Positions 1 through 12,589 of a DNA stretch of 64,000 bases are shown piece by piece. Origin of the DNA: Minutocellus sp. GHC0000111 (lineage: Eukaryota); contig OZ361257.1 of assembly GCA_977018835.1 (NCBI GenBank), positions 248,001-312,000 on the forward strand, in the 5' to 3' direction. The stretch's first letter is position 1. Each line of letters starts with the position of its first letter. Below the pieces are notes generated by a model that worked only from the letters and a program-made list of their open reading frames with translations, was not told the DNA's origin and made no database searches. Made by a program: the position numbers and the translations under genes.

Positions 1-54
1 CCCAGCCCTCAACATGCTTACATGTACCCAGCCCTCAACATGCTTACATGTACC
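1..54. repeat. 26-bp direct tandem duplication
   Basis: cccagccctcaacatgcttacatgta occurs twice back to back; may be cut by the window edge. Confidence 0.85.
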
Positions 55-146
55 GTAGCGACTGCAATAATTTTAGCCAGGGGCTAAGCACATGCCTCTG
101 TTGAATGATGACGTGGCAAATGCTGGACCAGCAAGGGCCGGAAAAC

Positions 147-203
147 GAACACCAGCACTACCACCAGCACTACCACCAGCACCAGCACCAGCACCAGCAC
201 CAA
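147..203. repeat. ACCAGC-type microsatellite
   Basis: Runs of accagc / accagcactacc. Confidence 0.7.
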
Positions 204-811
204 CGCAATATTCTACCGGCCTCACAGCCACAATTCGCATGTATGTAACTACGTGTAGCGACAATGCAAGAGCCTACAGTTAATTTCACCTACAAATCAC
301 CCGCTCCTTCGGTCGGACGTCCTCAGGCAACTGAGCTTGGATGTTAGGCGGCGGTGTGCCGGACTTGGCGAAAGCAGGAACGGAACTCCAGTGTCCCGGC
401 AACGGTCCGCAGTACGAGGGTACGATGACAGGGTACCACCACACATATTAGGCGAAGCTTCTTGGCTGGCGCGGAGGCCTTTGTGCGACCTCACATGTAG
501 ATTGATTCCAAAAATAAGGTTAACCATAGAATACCTAGGTAGAACAAAATAGAATAGAATGTAGAACTACCGGTACAACGCGTTGTACATAGCCACTGAC
601 CCTCGTCAGTTACGTCCCTTTACTTACATGTACCCTAATGTACGTCGCGGAGGGTGTTGGGTCTGCGGATTTACAGGCCTGGATGGTAGATCTAGAAGCT
701 CGTGATGTTGAAAGGTGGGGAGCAAGGGTGGAGGATACGTTGGGCCTCGAACGAGGTTCTTCCAAGTCACTCTATCATGCGCAAAACAATTTTTGGTTGA
801 TTATTTTATTG

Positions 812-912
812 TAGGAGGGTATCGCATAAGAGTGTGTCGTCTAAAGTGAGCAGATCTTGGCGAGCTACTAGAGTACGTAGGATTTCGGCGATACATGTGA
901 TCTCCGGGTTCC
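812..912. repeat. Short dispersed repeat
   Basis: taggagggtatcgcataagagtg...gatctccgggttc matches 56922-57015 and, inverted, 29250-29346. Confidence 0.7.
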
Positions 913-1120
913 CAACTTCCTCAGCTACATGTACCCCCCTAAAAGCCACAGGGTTATATCGATCGAAAGACATACAGCCCGGAACTTCTAGATCTATCTA
1001 GAAGTGCATTGAAAGGTAGGCTAGCTTTCCCGAGGTCTGGTTGGCCTCTACCCCGATCTCAGCCTACCGGCAGAACGATTATTTTATTAGATCTATCGTT
1101 TCATGGGAGGTTAGAGTCTA

Positions 1121-1606
1121 CAGTCCGTGCACGCCTATATAAGGATATTTCATATCCTGGTTTGAGACCTCATAGTTTTGCCCGTGATAAGGATAATTAG
1201 ACCTCGGCTTTGGCAGCATCCTTATTTTTCTCGCATGACAGGCCCTCAGAAGAGGCTACAACCTCCAAGACTTTGGTGGGGAGGATGCCTCCTATCTTTT
1301 CCAGGAGGATTATGAGAAGCTTCTTAATCGATCTAATGGTGACGACGAGGTTTCTCTTGAGGTTGGGCTAAAGTCTTGGTGCCTCGTGAAGCTTGGATAG
1401 ACTATTGGCGGTTTTGGAGAGGTTTGCACGTTGCTAAAGCTTTGTTATTCCTCTCCTTACACGTTATTTCGCTACAGCTGTGTGTGGTGTTGCCACGTCA
1501 TTGCTAAATAAGGATATCCTTTGGTGAGAACTCAGATTTCGCCTCCTGATAAGGATTTTGAGACCTCAGGTCTCAAAGCAATATCCTTATAGGCGTGCAC
1601 GGACTA
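1121..1606. mobile_element. Tc1/mariner-type MITE (CAGTCCGTGCAC family)
   Basis: TIRs cagtccgtgcacgccta..aggatat / atatccttataggcgtgcacggact(a); TA on both sides; interior aligns with 13080-13553. Confidence 0.9.
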
Positions 1607-3044
1607 TAGACGTACATTCGGGTATTTGTATATATATTACCCTACATGTACCGCGATAAATCTTTACACCTCTGAGAAACTTTGGATAGGGAAACTCAGG
1701 CCAACTGGAGAAACGAAGCCTCAGAATGAATTTACTTCATTCTGTTGGCTACCAATTCAGTTTGTTAGCAAACTGTAGGGCGGGATCTAGACATAGACAC
1801 TTTTGTAACAATACATGTAGTATATTATAACACCACCACCATGTAGGCGAGGAATTGCTGCTGCTGCTGTCGCGGAGGGTTTCAGCAGGCTACAGTGGAA
1901 GACCGCCATGTAGTGTATGGACACCGCCTCTAGGAGGCCACGAAGCCACCTCAACCGGAAAGCCACACGGCTAGACGGAACCTGTGGGAGATACGGAATA
2001 AAGGCTGCACGCTCAAACACGAAGGTGGACGTGTGCGTGGTGCGGTGAGCACGCATGTGGCAAGGTTTGTGAGTGGTATCTCCATCAATACGACTGGAGT
2101 CACATTCTCTTGAAGCCGGGATGTCACTGATTGGTGGGCAGTCAAGGACTCGAGTTTCTCGGCGCGAGAGACCAACTGGCTAACTACAAAAGTATCAGAC
2201 AACCACAGGGCTTGGATTGGTTTAACTCAACGCTGCCCGGGTGGGCATCGGGGAAGGGGATCGGTGGATACAAAACAGCCTTAACGGTCCTACATGAGCA
2301 GGGACGACATAGAACGCTCGGATGCCTGCATTTGGTGCTTCGCTCCGGGGTTGCATGACCTGCGGTCGTTCGTCGTTCTAGTTTTAGCATAAGCAGGATA
2401 AGGATAAGGATGTAAATGCTGGTTCTACTTTTTCTTCACCTCTCATCGCCTGATTACCGGTATGTCGATCTTATAAACGTCTAGATCTACATGTACGTGT
2501 ACCGATTTTTTTCCAGTAAAAGCATAAACTGTGATGGATTACCGACAACACGAAGGCACTCACAACCCGGCTACGAAGTAGTGCACCATGCCGAGGGGTT
2601 CGCCAACATCATGACTCCGAGTATTAGTGACGGGACATGTCCGCGCTTTGCGGCGGCGCTGTCACACTTCCAACAGCGTTACACGAGCGCGTCGACACGC
2701 ATAGCTACCCGAAGGGTAAGTTGCCGCTCCTGCTATTTGGCAGGAGGACTGGTTTGCCATGTTAACCCACTCTCAATTCCACGATGCCGCAGCGAGCAAG
2801 TCTCACATTATCACGCTGGGAAACATTGTCTCTCCCATCACGACGTTACTCCCCCCCTGACGTTGCATGGGAGGCGACGATATGTACCGCGCAGTTCGGT
2901 CATAACTGCTGGATGCATTCCGAGAGGCCTGTGTTACTTGTATGAGGTCGCAAGTAGCACCGGTCAAGCTGCTCCGCAAGGGCAGCTCTGATGCAGAGTT
3001 CGGCCACACAGGTATAATTATCTGGCTCTCTTTGGATTTGTTCA

Positions 3045-3090
3045 AATAGATTTAAGCTTTACTTTAGCGGGACGACACCACCACCACACG
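3045..3090 (+). mobile_element. Isolated 3' end of RTE-like LINE with (CAC)n tail
   Basis: atagatttaagctt..ttagcgggacgacaccaccaccacac, same terminus as 44094-44400 and 54160-54212. Confidence 0.7.
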
Positions 3091-3165
3091 CATAAACTCA
3101 AAAAAATAATTAGATCTAGAAAGAGGAGTTTCTCGACTCGAAGAGTACATGTACTAGTAGGCCTA

Positions 3166-6100
3166 CCTTTCGAGTTCAGAGGATTTGAAAGTGACGTGAT
3201 GATGACGTATTAGAAACACGACCACACCAGACCAAAATCCAAGCTCACTTTTTCTAACTCCGAGGAATAAATGACGGCCAAGATGGAAGTCGGGGCAAGA
3301 ACCAAGTTATGGTCACCAACTTCTACATATAGTCGAGAGACATTGTGCACCAGAACCAATAAATGTACATTATGTGATGATTTTTTTTCGACATTTGCAT
3401 TCCTCACCACGGGAAAAAATACATTTTTGGAAGCACCAAATCAAAATGTAATGAATAGAAATGGACATGCTATGATAAGTTATAGCAAATCAATGACTCC
3501 ATCGTCTTCATCATTTTCATCTATGTCGTCCTCAATGTCATCATCTTCGCCGGGAGCATCAATTGGCCAGAGTGGTTCACCATCCTCTTCAGCTTCTTCC
3601 TCGGCAATTTTTGCGAGACCAGCCTTTCCCCGTCTGGTCTCCACAAGATTGTTACCGCCACGACTTCTCTTGATGTTGTTATATATCACTGGAAGTTTTC
3701 CAAATACATTGAGAAAGGCCTCTTTTGATGCGACATTGGCCCATACTTTCATCACAGTCTTGTCAAGAGCATTCGCATCATTCTTCTGACCGCGATGCTC
3801 CTTTTCGACGGCCGACTGCAAAGACATCCAGATGCCGAGATCAAGAACATTTGTCTCGGGCGACCGAGGAACCTGCTGGATTATCTCAATCTTATATTTG
3901 TTTTTGAGGTCCTCGGTGTACTTCTCAACTGCTTCATTGGACCCATGACCGCCGGCATTGTCCATCATAAGATATATAACATCAGACTCCTGAATATTTT
4001 GTGGATCCCACTTCACCCAATGATGTGCGTCTCGAATCGCCTTCCCGACCTCATTCATAGTCTCCAACATCCATTTGGAGTCACAGCTACAGTCCTTGGT
4101 AACCTTATCGCCCCGTTGATACCGCACCCCGAGCTCAAGGTCGTCGATCTCAACCTTCACCTTCTCTCCATTGCTATCAGGAGTGTGTCGCTTGAGACTC
4201 GAGATCTTTTGATTGTAGCCAACAGCGGCATGCTTGCGACTTTTTGCCTGACCGTCGGATTTATAGTCCTCGTATTGAAGTTCCAATCGCTCTGTAACAA
4301 ACTCAGAAAGGCCGTAGATTTCGGCAATGTGGTCGCAAAGATGGCCGGCGGTCATGTCAGCATTCTCGTCGTAAATGTCTCGCCAATCTTTGTCATTTTT
4401 TAGCGCATCGTTGACCTTAGCATCTGGAGAGAAATTCTGATTACGCGTAAGCTTTTCCACCTTCTGCTCCCTGGCGACTCTCTTGATCATGATGCGCCCA
4501 TTGAAATCAACGTCTTTGGTTTCATCCTTCATTGGTCGGCCAACAACTCCAAGATACATAACTTTGACAGGGTATCTTCTGGATCGAATTTTCGGGCTTG
4601 CCTCGGAAGCATGGATAGACGCGAGGTTCGGACTACTTAGTTCTTCGTCAGAAAGTGGCAACATCTTGATCTTTCGTCGCCGAGCAGTAGTGTAAAACCA
4701 CTTTTCATCAAGATACGCTACAGGAATGTTGGGATCGGTCGTAATGTCCTCCCACTTTTCGATCCAATCAAGTCGCTTCCTACAATATTCGGGGGTGAGC
4801 CTCGTCTTCTCGATCGACGACTTCTCCTTACCGCCTTGCTTTTTCCACCAGCGAAAAAGCTGAAGACGATGGAGACTAATTGTCAGCCTATCTTCATCTG
4901 GAGTAGCTGATTTTGCGCTCACACAGTCAGCTAGCTCCTTAAAGGTTGCCATCGCACCCTTCATCCGAGTAGCATACCGATACAGCTCGCGGAGATATCC
5001 TGGCTCCTTCTCCTCGATCATGTCCGTGTATGCCTTCCTTCCACGAACCTCCTTTCTGCCGATGGGATTGCTGATGCCATCAGTAAGGCTTTTGTAGAGC
5101 TGGTCTCTCCACTTGTAAAGCTGAGAACCACCGACCGGTTGACTTGGCATAACCGTGATCGTACGCAACTTGCCGACACGCGGCAGTTGCAATTTGTTGC
5201 CGGTCTTCATACGTGCGAGTTGGGTCGCCGTGTCCCCACCAATCCGCGAGAGCCACGGCGCTGAACCGCATTCTTTCATTCGCCTGCTTTTCTTTTCTGA
5301 TTGGTATTGGTTCGGTGACGGTTGCATTGGGACGAGGAGGACGGAGCATGTCATCGTTGGCCATCCGAACAACAAAGTCGAGGCCGAGAGCGACCTTTAC
5401 CTGTTCATCAATGTCACTGGAGGTGGCACAGACAACGGAAGTGTCGGCTCCTCCTAAACCTTCATCATTGGGGGAGGCTGCAGCTGCTTCAGTGGCGGAA
5501 GCATCACCAGTTCCCTTCAGTATGCTGAGGAGACTTGCTGGCATCCAACCCAGTTTCTTGGCCTCGTCGACTAGTGATTTTACTCTTGCTTCGCAATGCG
5601 CTGACTGTACCTCCTTTCTGTGAGCTGACAACCTCTCACCTAGCTTAGTAGCTAAGACAGTCGAGCGCCCAGAGAACAGAACTTCATCGGGATTTCTTTT
5701 CTCGTGCACCTTCTGTCCCTCCGGTCCAGAGAATTTCGGGTGGTTGTCCTCCTTCTTTTTTACGCAACCTGTGAGCACAAACATAAAGCGCCCTGCGTCT
5801 TGTCTTCCCTCTCGGCCGATACGTCGACAAGTGCAACTTCAAACTACAATGCTCCTTGAGATGTTGCTGCATATCCTTCCATTTTTCCTCGTTGTACTGT
5901 AGCTCATACTTTCCTCCACCGACGGACTTGGAACGCAACAAGTCGGCCTCGATGAAAGCAGGGAGGACGTCTTCCCATTTCTGCCGAGAACCAACACAAA
6001 TGTCATCTTTGCCGCAGGAATCGGGGGTTACTCTCCACCACAGATCCTTACCAGCCCTTCGAATGACATCTGCTGCAAGGAGAAAGGCCATGGGGATAGG

Positions 6101-6608
6101 AGGAGGGGCCGTCCTCTTCTTCGCCGACGACGGTGACGGTTTGGCGGGCGAATTTGACCGTGGCCGCTTCTTCGACGTGTTTGCGCTCGGCTATGGTGTT
6201 TTCGGCTCAGCTGCCGCCTTTGCCGCCTTCCTGGATGCCTTGGTGTTGCCTCTCTTGCTCCCTGAGAACGAAGTTCTGCTGCATTTGTATTTTTTGGGCG
6301 TGGTCTGGTTGGTCGTCGTCATCGTCACAAAATTTGCGGGTTGCGGTGAGGTTGTGCGGGGGACCAAAAAATACATGTGTTCCTGCCAGAATCTACTGGA
6401 CCTGCGAATTCAGTGGATACTACTGGTCGGTGGCAACCTACTGAATGAGCAGGTCCAGTAGATATCCACGAGTTGAGGAGTATTTGCGTTCCTCCCGAAG
6501 AGAATATCGACTAACAAAACACGTGGTGGGAAATGAGAAATGGGTGCAAGAATGACCTTTTTTAGGGGTTATTGGTATACCCTCTACAAATCCTCTGAAA
6601 CCGAAAGG
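3166..6608 (-). mobile_element. Full-length Tc1/mariner DNA transposon, DD39D (plant-mariner-like) type
   Basis: 22-bp TIRs cctttcgagttcagaggatttg (3166-3187) / caaatcctctgaaaccgaaagg (6587-6608) with 2 mismatches; TA at 3164-3165 and 6609-6610; encloses a transposase. Confidence 0.92.
3480..6322 (-). pseudogene. DD39D transposase (~950 codons) with one in-frame stop (6191-6193) and two frameshifts (~5800, ~5150)
   Basis: Motifs YLDEKWFY, VKVMYLGVVGRP, MMDNAGGH, QVPRSPETNVLDLG; 39 residues counted between 2nd and 3rd Asp; upstream ORF pieces 6191-6376, 5684-6091 and 5080-5784 chain into the catalytic ORF. Confidence 0.85.
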
Positions 6609-6790
6609 TACGCAACGTACTACGTAGCTTTTTAGGTACTCTTATGGATGGTTCTATTCTCTTAGCTCTACGTAGCTAGCTACGTAGCTAGGCCTACGTA
6701 GCTTGACTACATGTACTAGTAGCTCTCTCTAGCTAGCTACGTAGTAGACCGACGCTGCTTTATCGAAAAAAAGAACAAGGTGACAGAACA

Positions 6791-9172
6791 ATGGTAAGTT
6801 TGAATCCCATAATGCCGCAGTGAATTTAAAAACGTTTATCTAATAATTTTTATATCTCTTTTTTTTTCTGCAAGGATGGGCCGCCCGCCGCCGCCTCAGC
6901 AGGTGGTTTTAGTGTCGTTGTCTCTGCTTCTGCCCGGCCCACTGCGGAAGCATCTCACGGGCAAGAAGGGAACAGTCCTCGTCTTGTTCATGTCGTCTCT
7001 GTTTCTCAGCCTGTCCAGTCCTGGACTGTGATACGAGACCATGTTGATTTTGTCGCCCTCGGAAATGCCCTCTCTACCATCATCCAAGGACTTCCTGCCT
7101 GTCCTACACCGCCACCACAGACCAACGGCCTGGAAGACAACAACAGAATTCTTCGTGCACGCAACGCGCTCCAGGAATGGTTGACGTCCGTTCTTTTTGT
7201 TCCTGGCGCCAGGGAAAATCCCGCGGTCAGACAATTTCTTTGCTACGGAGCAAATATAGTCCCGCCCCAATTCGAGGGTGTCTCTTGGGTCCATTTCGCT
7301 GATGACAATTTCGCCCAATCCGCAGCAAGAAATGCTTCGATAGAGTCACAAACTGGAGTGGCGGGGTGTTCGGCCTACTCCGCTCCTGTCGCATTGGATG
7401 AAATGGAAATGGACGACATGTTTGGGTATGAAGCTGATGGTGTTGAAGCTGATGAGGGTGGACCTGACTTCGATTCGGATTCAGAAGCGGATTATTTTTC
7501 AGCCACAATTCGATATCAGCCAGCAGATGAAGCGATCACAGAAGATGATATCATGGAAATGCAGCAGCAAGCTAATGAAGTTGAAATGGTGGAAGATGTT
7601 GGGTCTCTGGCTCAAAGCTTAGGAGCGTCTCATCTTGGCCGGTCTTTGCAGCTTCAGGCCCAACTTGCAGGCAGTTCAAAACAGGGGCATACCGATAATT
7701 TCAGTGAGAAGAGTCAGAAGGGGTTGACAGTTGGAGGTGGATCTGTATCTGCGGAAGTCAATGGCGGAAGTTCTGGCGGAATAGGCGGCGCTATGGAACA
7801 AGCTCAGAATGGTGGAGCGATTCCATTGAATCAACCTGCAAAATTTGATGGACTTGGGGATAGTTTTGACCAGAGAGCGCCTATATCTCAGCCTCGCCTT
7901 GACTCCTTCAAAATGATCAAGGTTATTGGCAGGGATCGTTCGGTAAGCCCTTTTTTCTGCCATTTTCAAGACCTACCTCTTCCCACGCTGCGGTTCCCTC
8001 TAGTATTTTTCTTATTTCATTTTATTCATTTAAAAAAAAATTTACATCTTGTCGCATGTTTGGATCCACAGGAAAAGTATTTCTTGTGCGCGAAATAAGG
8101 ACTGGAGAAATGTTTGCTCTGAAAGTCCTGCGAAAGGACAATATCGTGAAGCGCAAGTCAAGTCACACAAAGACTGAAAGAAATATCTTAGGGTATGTCA
8201 AGCATCCTTTCATCGTGGGTCTCAACATGGCTTTCCAGTCGAAGGACAAACTTTACTTCGTCCTTGATTACTGCGCAGGTGGGGAGCTGTTCTTTCACCT
8301 TAGCAAAGTTGGAAAGTTTCCCGAGCCAAGAGCAAGATTTTATGCCTCTGAGATTGTCCTTGCAATCAGTTACGTTCATGAATTGGATATCATTTACCGC
8401 GACCTCAAACCAGAAAATGTTCTTTTGGATGCTAGAGGTCATGTTCGTCTCACTGACTTTGGTCTTTCTAAAGAGGGGATTAGTTCGAGTTCGAGCGGTG
8501 CCACAAGCTTCTGCGGAACTCCTGAGTACCTTGCCCCGGAGATTTTGAATCGCCAGGGACACGGGCGAGCCGTTGACTGGTGGAGTCTTGGAGCACTTTT
8601 GTACGAAATGCTTACAGGTTTGCCACCTTTCTACTGCAGGGACCGTGAAAAGTTGTTTGAGAAAATAAGAAAAGGCCACCTCGAGTACCCCCGTTCCTTG
8701 TCACCTAGGTCTGTCAATCTTCTCCGCGGTTTGCTGACGAAGGACCCGAGGCGTCGACTTGGGAGTGGCCCAAATGATGCTGAGGACATCAAACTCCACC
8801 ATTTCTTTGCCGACACTGATTGGAAGAGACTAGCAAAGGGAGAAATCGCTCCTCCGTGGCACCCTCCTATTCAAGGAAGTCTTGATACGTCCCAGTTCGA
8901 TGAAGAGGTGAGTGTAATGAAAGGACATAAGTCATTCGCGGAATACTTCGTTTCTACACACATACACATACCATCTAGAGGCCACAACAGCGTTGATTTT
9001 CTTTCTCACTTTTTGGTTTGGATTATTTTCTTTTTTTTGAACCGTACCGGAACAATAGTTTACGTCAATGCCGATGTTCAGCCCCTCGAAGTATGGCGAT
9101 GGTACCGCAGAAGCAGCTGAGGACCTTTTCCAGGGATTTACTTTTACGAACCGTGGGCAGTATATGTCTTGA
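6791..9172 (+). CDS. AGC-family Ser/Thr kinase (S6K/SGK-like) with PX-like N-terminus; exons ~6791-6793, 6875-7942, 8072-8907, 9059-9172
   Basis: FALKVL, YRDLKPEN, DFG, SFCGTPEYLAPE, DWWSLG, hydrophobic motif FQGFTF; GT-AG introns; one G missing in the GRGSFG run near 7935; PX assignment is by resemblance only. Confidence 0.9.
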
Positions 9173-9335
9173 AAGGGCTTCACTTAACCCTCTAGAGGTC
9201 TAGCTAGACTAGAGTCTCAGCAACATCTACCATTTATTTGTTGACGCGCGCCTTTTGTCGACTTAATTCACAAAGGACGCTGTTAGATCTTTCACACATA
9301 GATCTACTAGACTACTCGATCTAGATCTAGCCTTT

Positions 9336-9475
9336 TAGCAGCAGCAATTCCTCGCCTAAATACAAACTGATTTACTTGTAGAGAACCGCCAAAATGAATT
9401 TGTAGCGAGCCTTGGCGAGCCAATAAATCAATTCTGAGATTTGTTTCTCTCTAGCTGGTGGGCCTGAGTTTCCAC
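9336..9475 (-). mobile_element. Partial copy of (GCT)n-tailed repeat
   Basis: agcagcagcaattcctcgcc followed by reverse match to 1690-1778. Confidence 0.55.
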
Positions 9476-9491
9476 TCCATACATGTATTAT

Positions 9492-10829
9492 GGGTGCCTT
9501 CATTTTGATGAGTCGAGAGGATGCTGTGAAAGCGGCAATGCAGATAGTATGTCACTGTCGCAAATTTGGTCTTACCATCCAGTTGGCAATCGAGTGGAAG
9601 GCTCGGCGTCCAAGACGAAAGCACTGTACCTAGGTATGTACCGTCGATGTGCCGAGGTATCTAGCGTTTTGAGGACATCTCGCCGGAAGAGATCGCCGAA
9701 CATCGAACTAGTTGGGGAGGATTTCCCGCCAGGTACCTACATGTCGTTCACCCCGACCTTCAAGTACCTTGGCACCATTGCATGAAGGGATCAAGGACGT
9801 CGAGGCCCGTATCAAATTGGCCAACAAACTCTTTGGCTCGGTCAAGGCCACTTCTGGTCAAATGCTAGGGTTCCATTTGAGCTGCGAATGCATATCTGCA
9901 AAGCCATCGTCGTCAATGTCGCTTCTGTGGGGTTGTGAAAGCTGGGCGATACAGTCGAAGGAGTTTTAAGCCCTACGAGTGTTGCAGTCCAGCTGTCTTC
10001 GGTCCATCCTCAAGATCAACGTCATGCACAAGATTTCCAGGATCAGAATCTTGGAAATGTGCCAAGTCCAAGACATCATCCAGACCATGGACCTTCGTCG
10101 AGCTCGCTGGATCGAGAGGCTATCGTACATGGACTTCACTCGGTGCCCTCGACTTCTCTTTGGGTGCTGGATGCATGGCAAAGCATACCATCGAGACTCA
10201 AAGCCGCTCAAGACCATCGGCCACTCTCACACCGACAGCTGAGACTTATCGGTGAAGCTTCGTTTCTCGAAAGAGGAGTACATGTAGCAGTCAAAGCTCC
10301 TTTCATCAAGAGAGCTGGCTCGATTACCGTCACCCCACGAATCTACCCGCTATTCCAGCTACGTAGTACAATCGGAGAATTGGTCGTCGATGATGGAGAA
10401 GTATCTTGGACTCGACCCCGGCTCTTATGCTACCTTCAAGCCAACGGCACCAGGACAGATCCCGCCGAGAAGATTCAGAGCCGTCGCCGTCATCGAACCA
10501 TCGACACCGAGCAACGATCAAGGTCCTACAATTTGTAGGTACTATCGATGAGTAGAATGTCTCGGCCAGCCCTGTCTCTCGCCGATTAGAGTCTAGTCGA
10601 CCTCCTCTTTGCAACAGCTGCGTGTTGCATCACGGCCCCACGTACACCCAGTGCCAACTCGTTACTGCCAACGAGGCCGTCGTCACAGAGCCGTTTACTG
10701 CCGATGACATAAAAGGAGCCGTCAACGAACTATCTCCCCGTTCACTCCCTACCATTTCCTCTATGATCAATACTCTTACTAATGCCACCGTAGCATCTGC
10801 GATGGCATCGGATGAGGACGACACAGAAG
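9492..10829 (+). mobile_element. Degenerate non-LTR retrotransposon (RTE-like): RT C-terminal half plus downstream region
   Basis: Frameshifted motifs GAFI..SRED..KFGLTI, SKTKALY, FKYLGT, DVEARIKLANKLFG, LLWGCESW, CLRSILKI, RRARWI; 10195-10829 aligns with 53240-53877. Confidence 0.85.
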
Positions 10830-10830
10830 A

Positions 10831-11960
10831 GCCCTCTGTCTTGCGGTTTGCGTTGCCTCCGCATCGGCCTTTTCTCCAGCTGCCAAGCCTACGTTTGGTT
10901 CCTCCCTCGCCGCCAAGCAGGATTTCCTCGAGGCTGAGCCTTACTATGACCAGTCAACTGTTCCTGTGAACGTTTACAAGAACAAAGCCCCGTTCACTGG
11001 CAAGGTTGTCTCCACCAAACGCATCGTTGGACCTAAGGCCACCGGTGAGACATGCCACATCATCATTGATCACGAGGGAGATTTCCCTTACTTTGAAGGC
11101 CAGTCCTGGGGCGTTATGCCCCCTGGGGTTCGCGAGAAGGATGGCAAGCCCCACGCCGCCCGTCTCTACTCCATTGCTTCCTCCCGTTACGGTGACGACA
11201 TGACTGGAAAGACCGGTTCCCTTTGCGTCCGTCGCGCGACGTACTGGTGCCCAGAACTCAAGGCCGATGATCCGGCCAAGAAGGGCATCTGCTCGAACTT
11301 CCTCTGCGATACCCAGCCCGGTGATGAGGTGATGATGACCGGACCTGCTGGAAAGGTTATGCTTCTCCCTGAGGAGGATCCCTCAACTGATTACATCATG
11401 GTTGCTACCGGCACTGGTATTGCTCCCTACCGTGGTTTCATTCGCCGTCTTTTCGTCGAGGACACGCCCGCCGCAAATGCCTACAAGGGTCAGGCCTGGC
11501 TCTTCCTTGGCGTTGCCAACAGCGATGCTCTCCTCTACGATGACGAGTGGCAGTCTGTCAAGGAGAAGTACCCCGACAACTTCCGTCTCGACTACGCCCT
11601 CTCTCGAGAACAAGAGAACAAGAAGGGTGGAAAGATGTACATCCAGGACAAGGTTGAGGAGTACGCCGATGAAGTCTTCACCAAGCTCGACAGTGGTGCC
11701 CACATCTACTTCTGTGGCCTCAAGGGTATGATGCCCGGTATTCAAGACATGCTCAAGAGCGTTTGTGATGAGAAGGGTATTGACTATGATGAATGGGTAA
11801 GTACTTTATGTTCATAAGTCAACTCAATTTCAAGCATTTCGTTTGAAACTCCTCACTCACTGGTATCAATGTTTCAACACCCTCATTGCTTTGATCACAA
11901 ATTCACATACAGCTGAAGGGCCTGAAGAAGAACAAGCAGTGGCATGTCGAGGTTTACTAA
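10831..11960 (+). CDS. petH: Plastid ferredoxin-NADP+ reductase lacking a visible start codon; exons 10831-11796, 11913-11960
   Basis: [38 protein letters not shown]-terminal WHVEVY; presequence [16 protein letters not shown]; in-frame TGA at 10813 and no ATG between it and the signal peptide. Confidence 0.92.
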
Positions 11961-12391
11961 ATCCATCCCTTGGTATCTCCTGTCTGTTTCGAAGGTATAC
12001 TCGAGACGAAGTGAAAAAAAGATTCACGCAGCTGCTGGGACCACATAGTTTCCAGTTATGATGAAGTCCCCTCCTAATCGACTCTCTTCACTCTAGAGCT
12101 ACAACAAGCACTATTAGATCTAGCGGTACTGGAGTCTAACGAATATGCAGGTCAGATCTTAAACATACGTTAACATATATTAGCATGATCCGGCTGCCAA
12201 CGTCATGTGTGTTTCTAGACCTACTCATTAGTTTGTACAAGGGCAAAGAAGATCAGACGTGTTTTCATGTAGATCTAGATCTATCTACATGTAGCTATAG
12301 ACTCTCTCTCTATATATAGATCTATGTGTTCGTCGAGCACGGCTCCCTAAGCTAAGCCCACTCTTTTGCTGACTTGTAATATCTATACATA

Positions 12392-12430
12392 CAGTCTGTT
12401 CTCACCTATAAGCAAGGTGAGAACGGACTG
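12392..12430. mobile_element. 39-bp micro-MITE/hairpin with CAGTC termini, followed by a 37-bp tandem duplication of its right end
   Basis: TA|cagtctgttctcacct-ataagca-aggtgagaacggactg|TA; aggtgagaacggactgtatatatagagtctatagact repeated at 12415 and 12452. Confidence 0.7.
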
Positions 12431-12589
12431 TATATATAGAGTCTATAGACTAGGTGAGAACGGACTGTATATATAGAGTCTATAGACTAGTCTAGACTAG
12501 ATCAACATGTAGATCTATCGAAATGCGGACTAGATCTAGTCTACATGTACATGTAGTGCTGATTTGTAGATCTAATATGTAGACTACAT

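Larger units (their letters stand above)
695..1869 (+). mobile_element. Dispersed repeat ending in a (GCT)n tail (probable non-LTR/SINE 3' end), interrupted by nested insertions
   Basis: Segments 695-810, 1609-1778 and 1787-1869 match 34692-34800, 34835-35020 and 35876-35950 in the same order; both end ggcgaggaattgctgctgctg; partial reverse copy at 9336-9475. Confidence 0.6.

Noticed and set aside
2491..2991. 166-aa ORF
   Set aside because: Starts inside a TACATGTA footprint, has no recognisable domain and lies among repeats
3271..4403. Plus-strand ORFs of 172 and 202 aa
   Set aside because: Antisense shadows of the transposase
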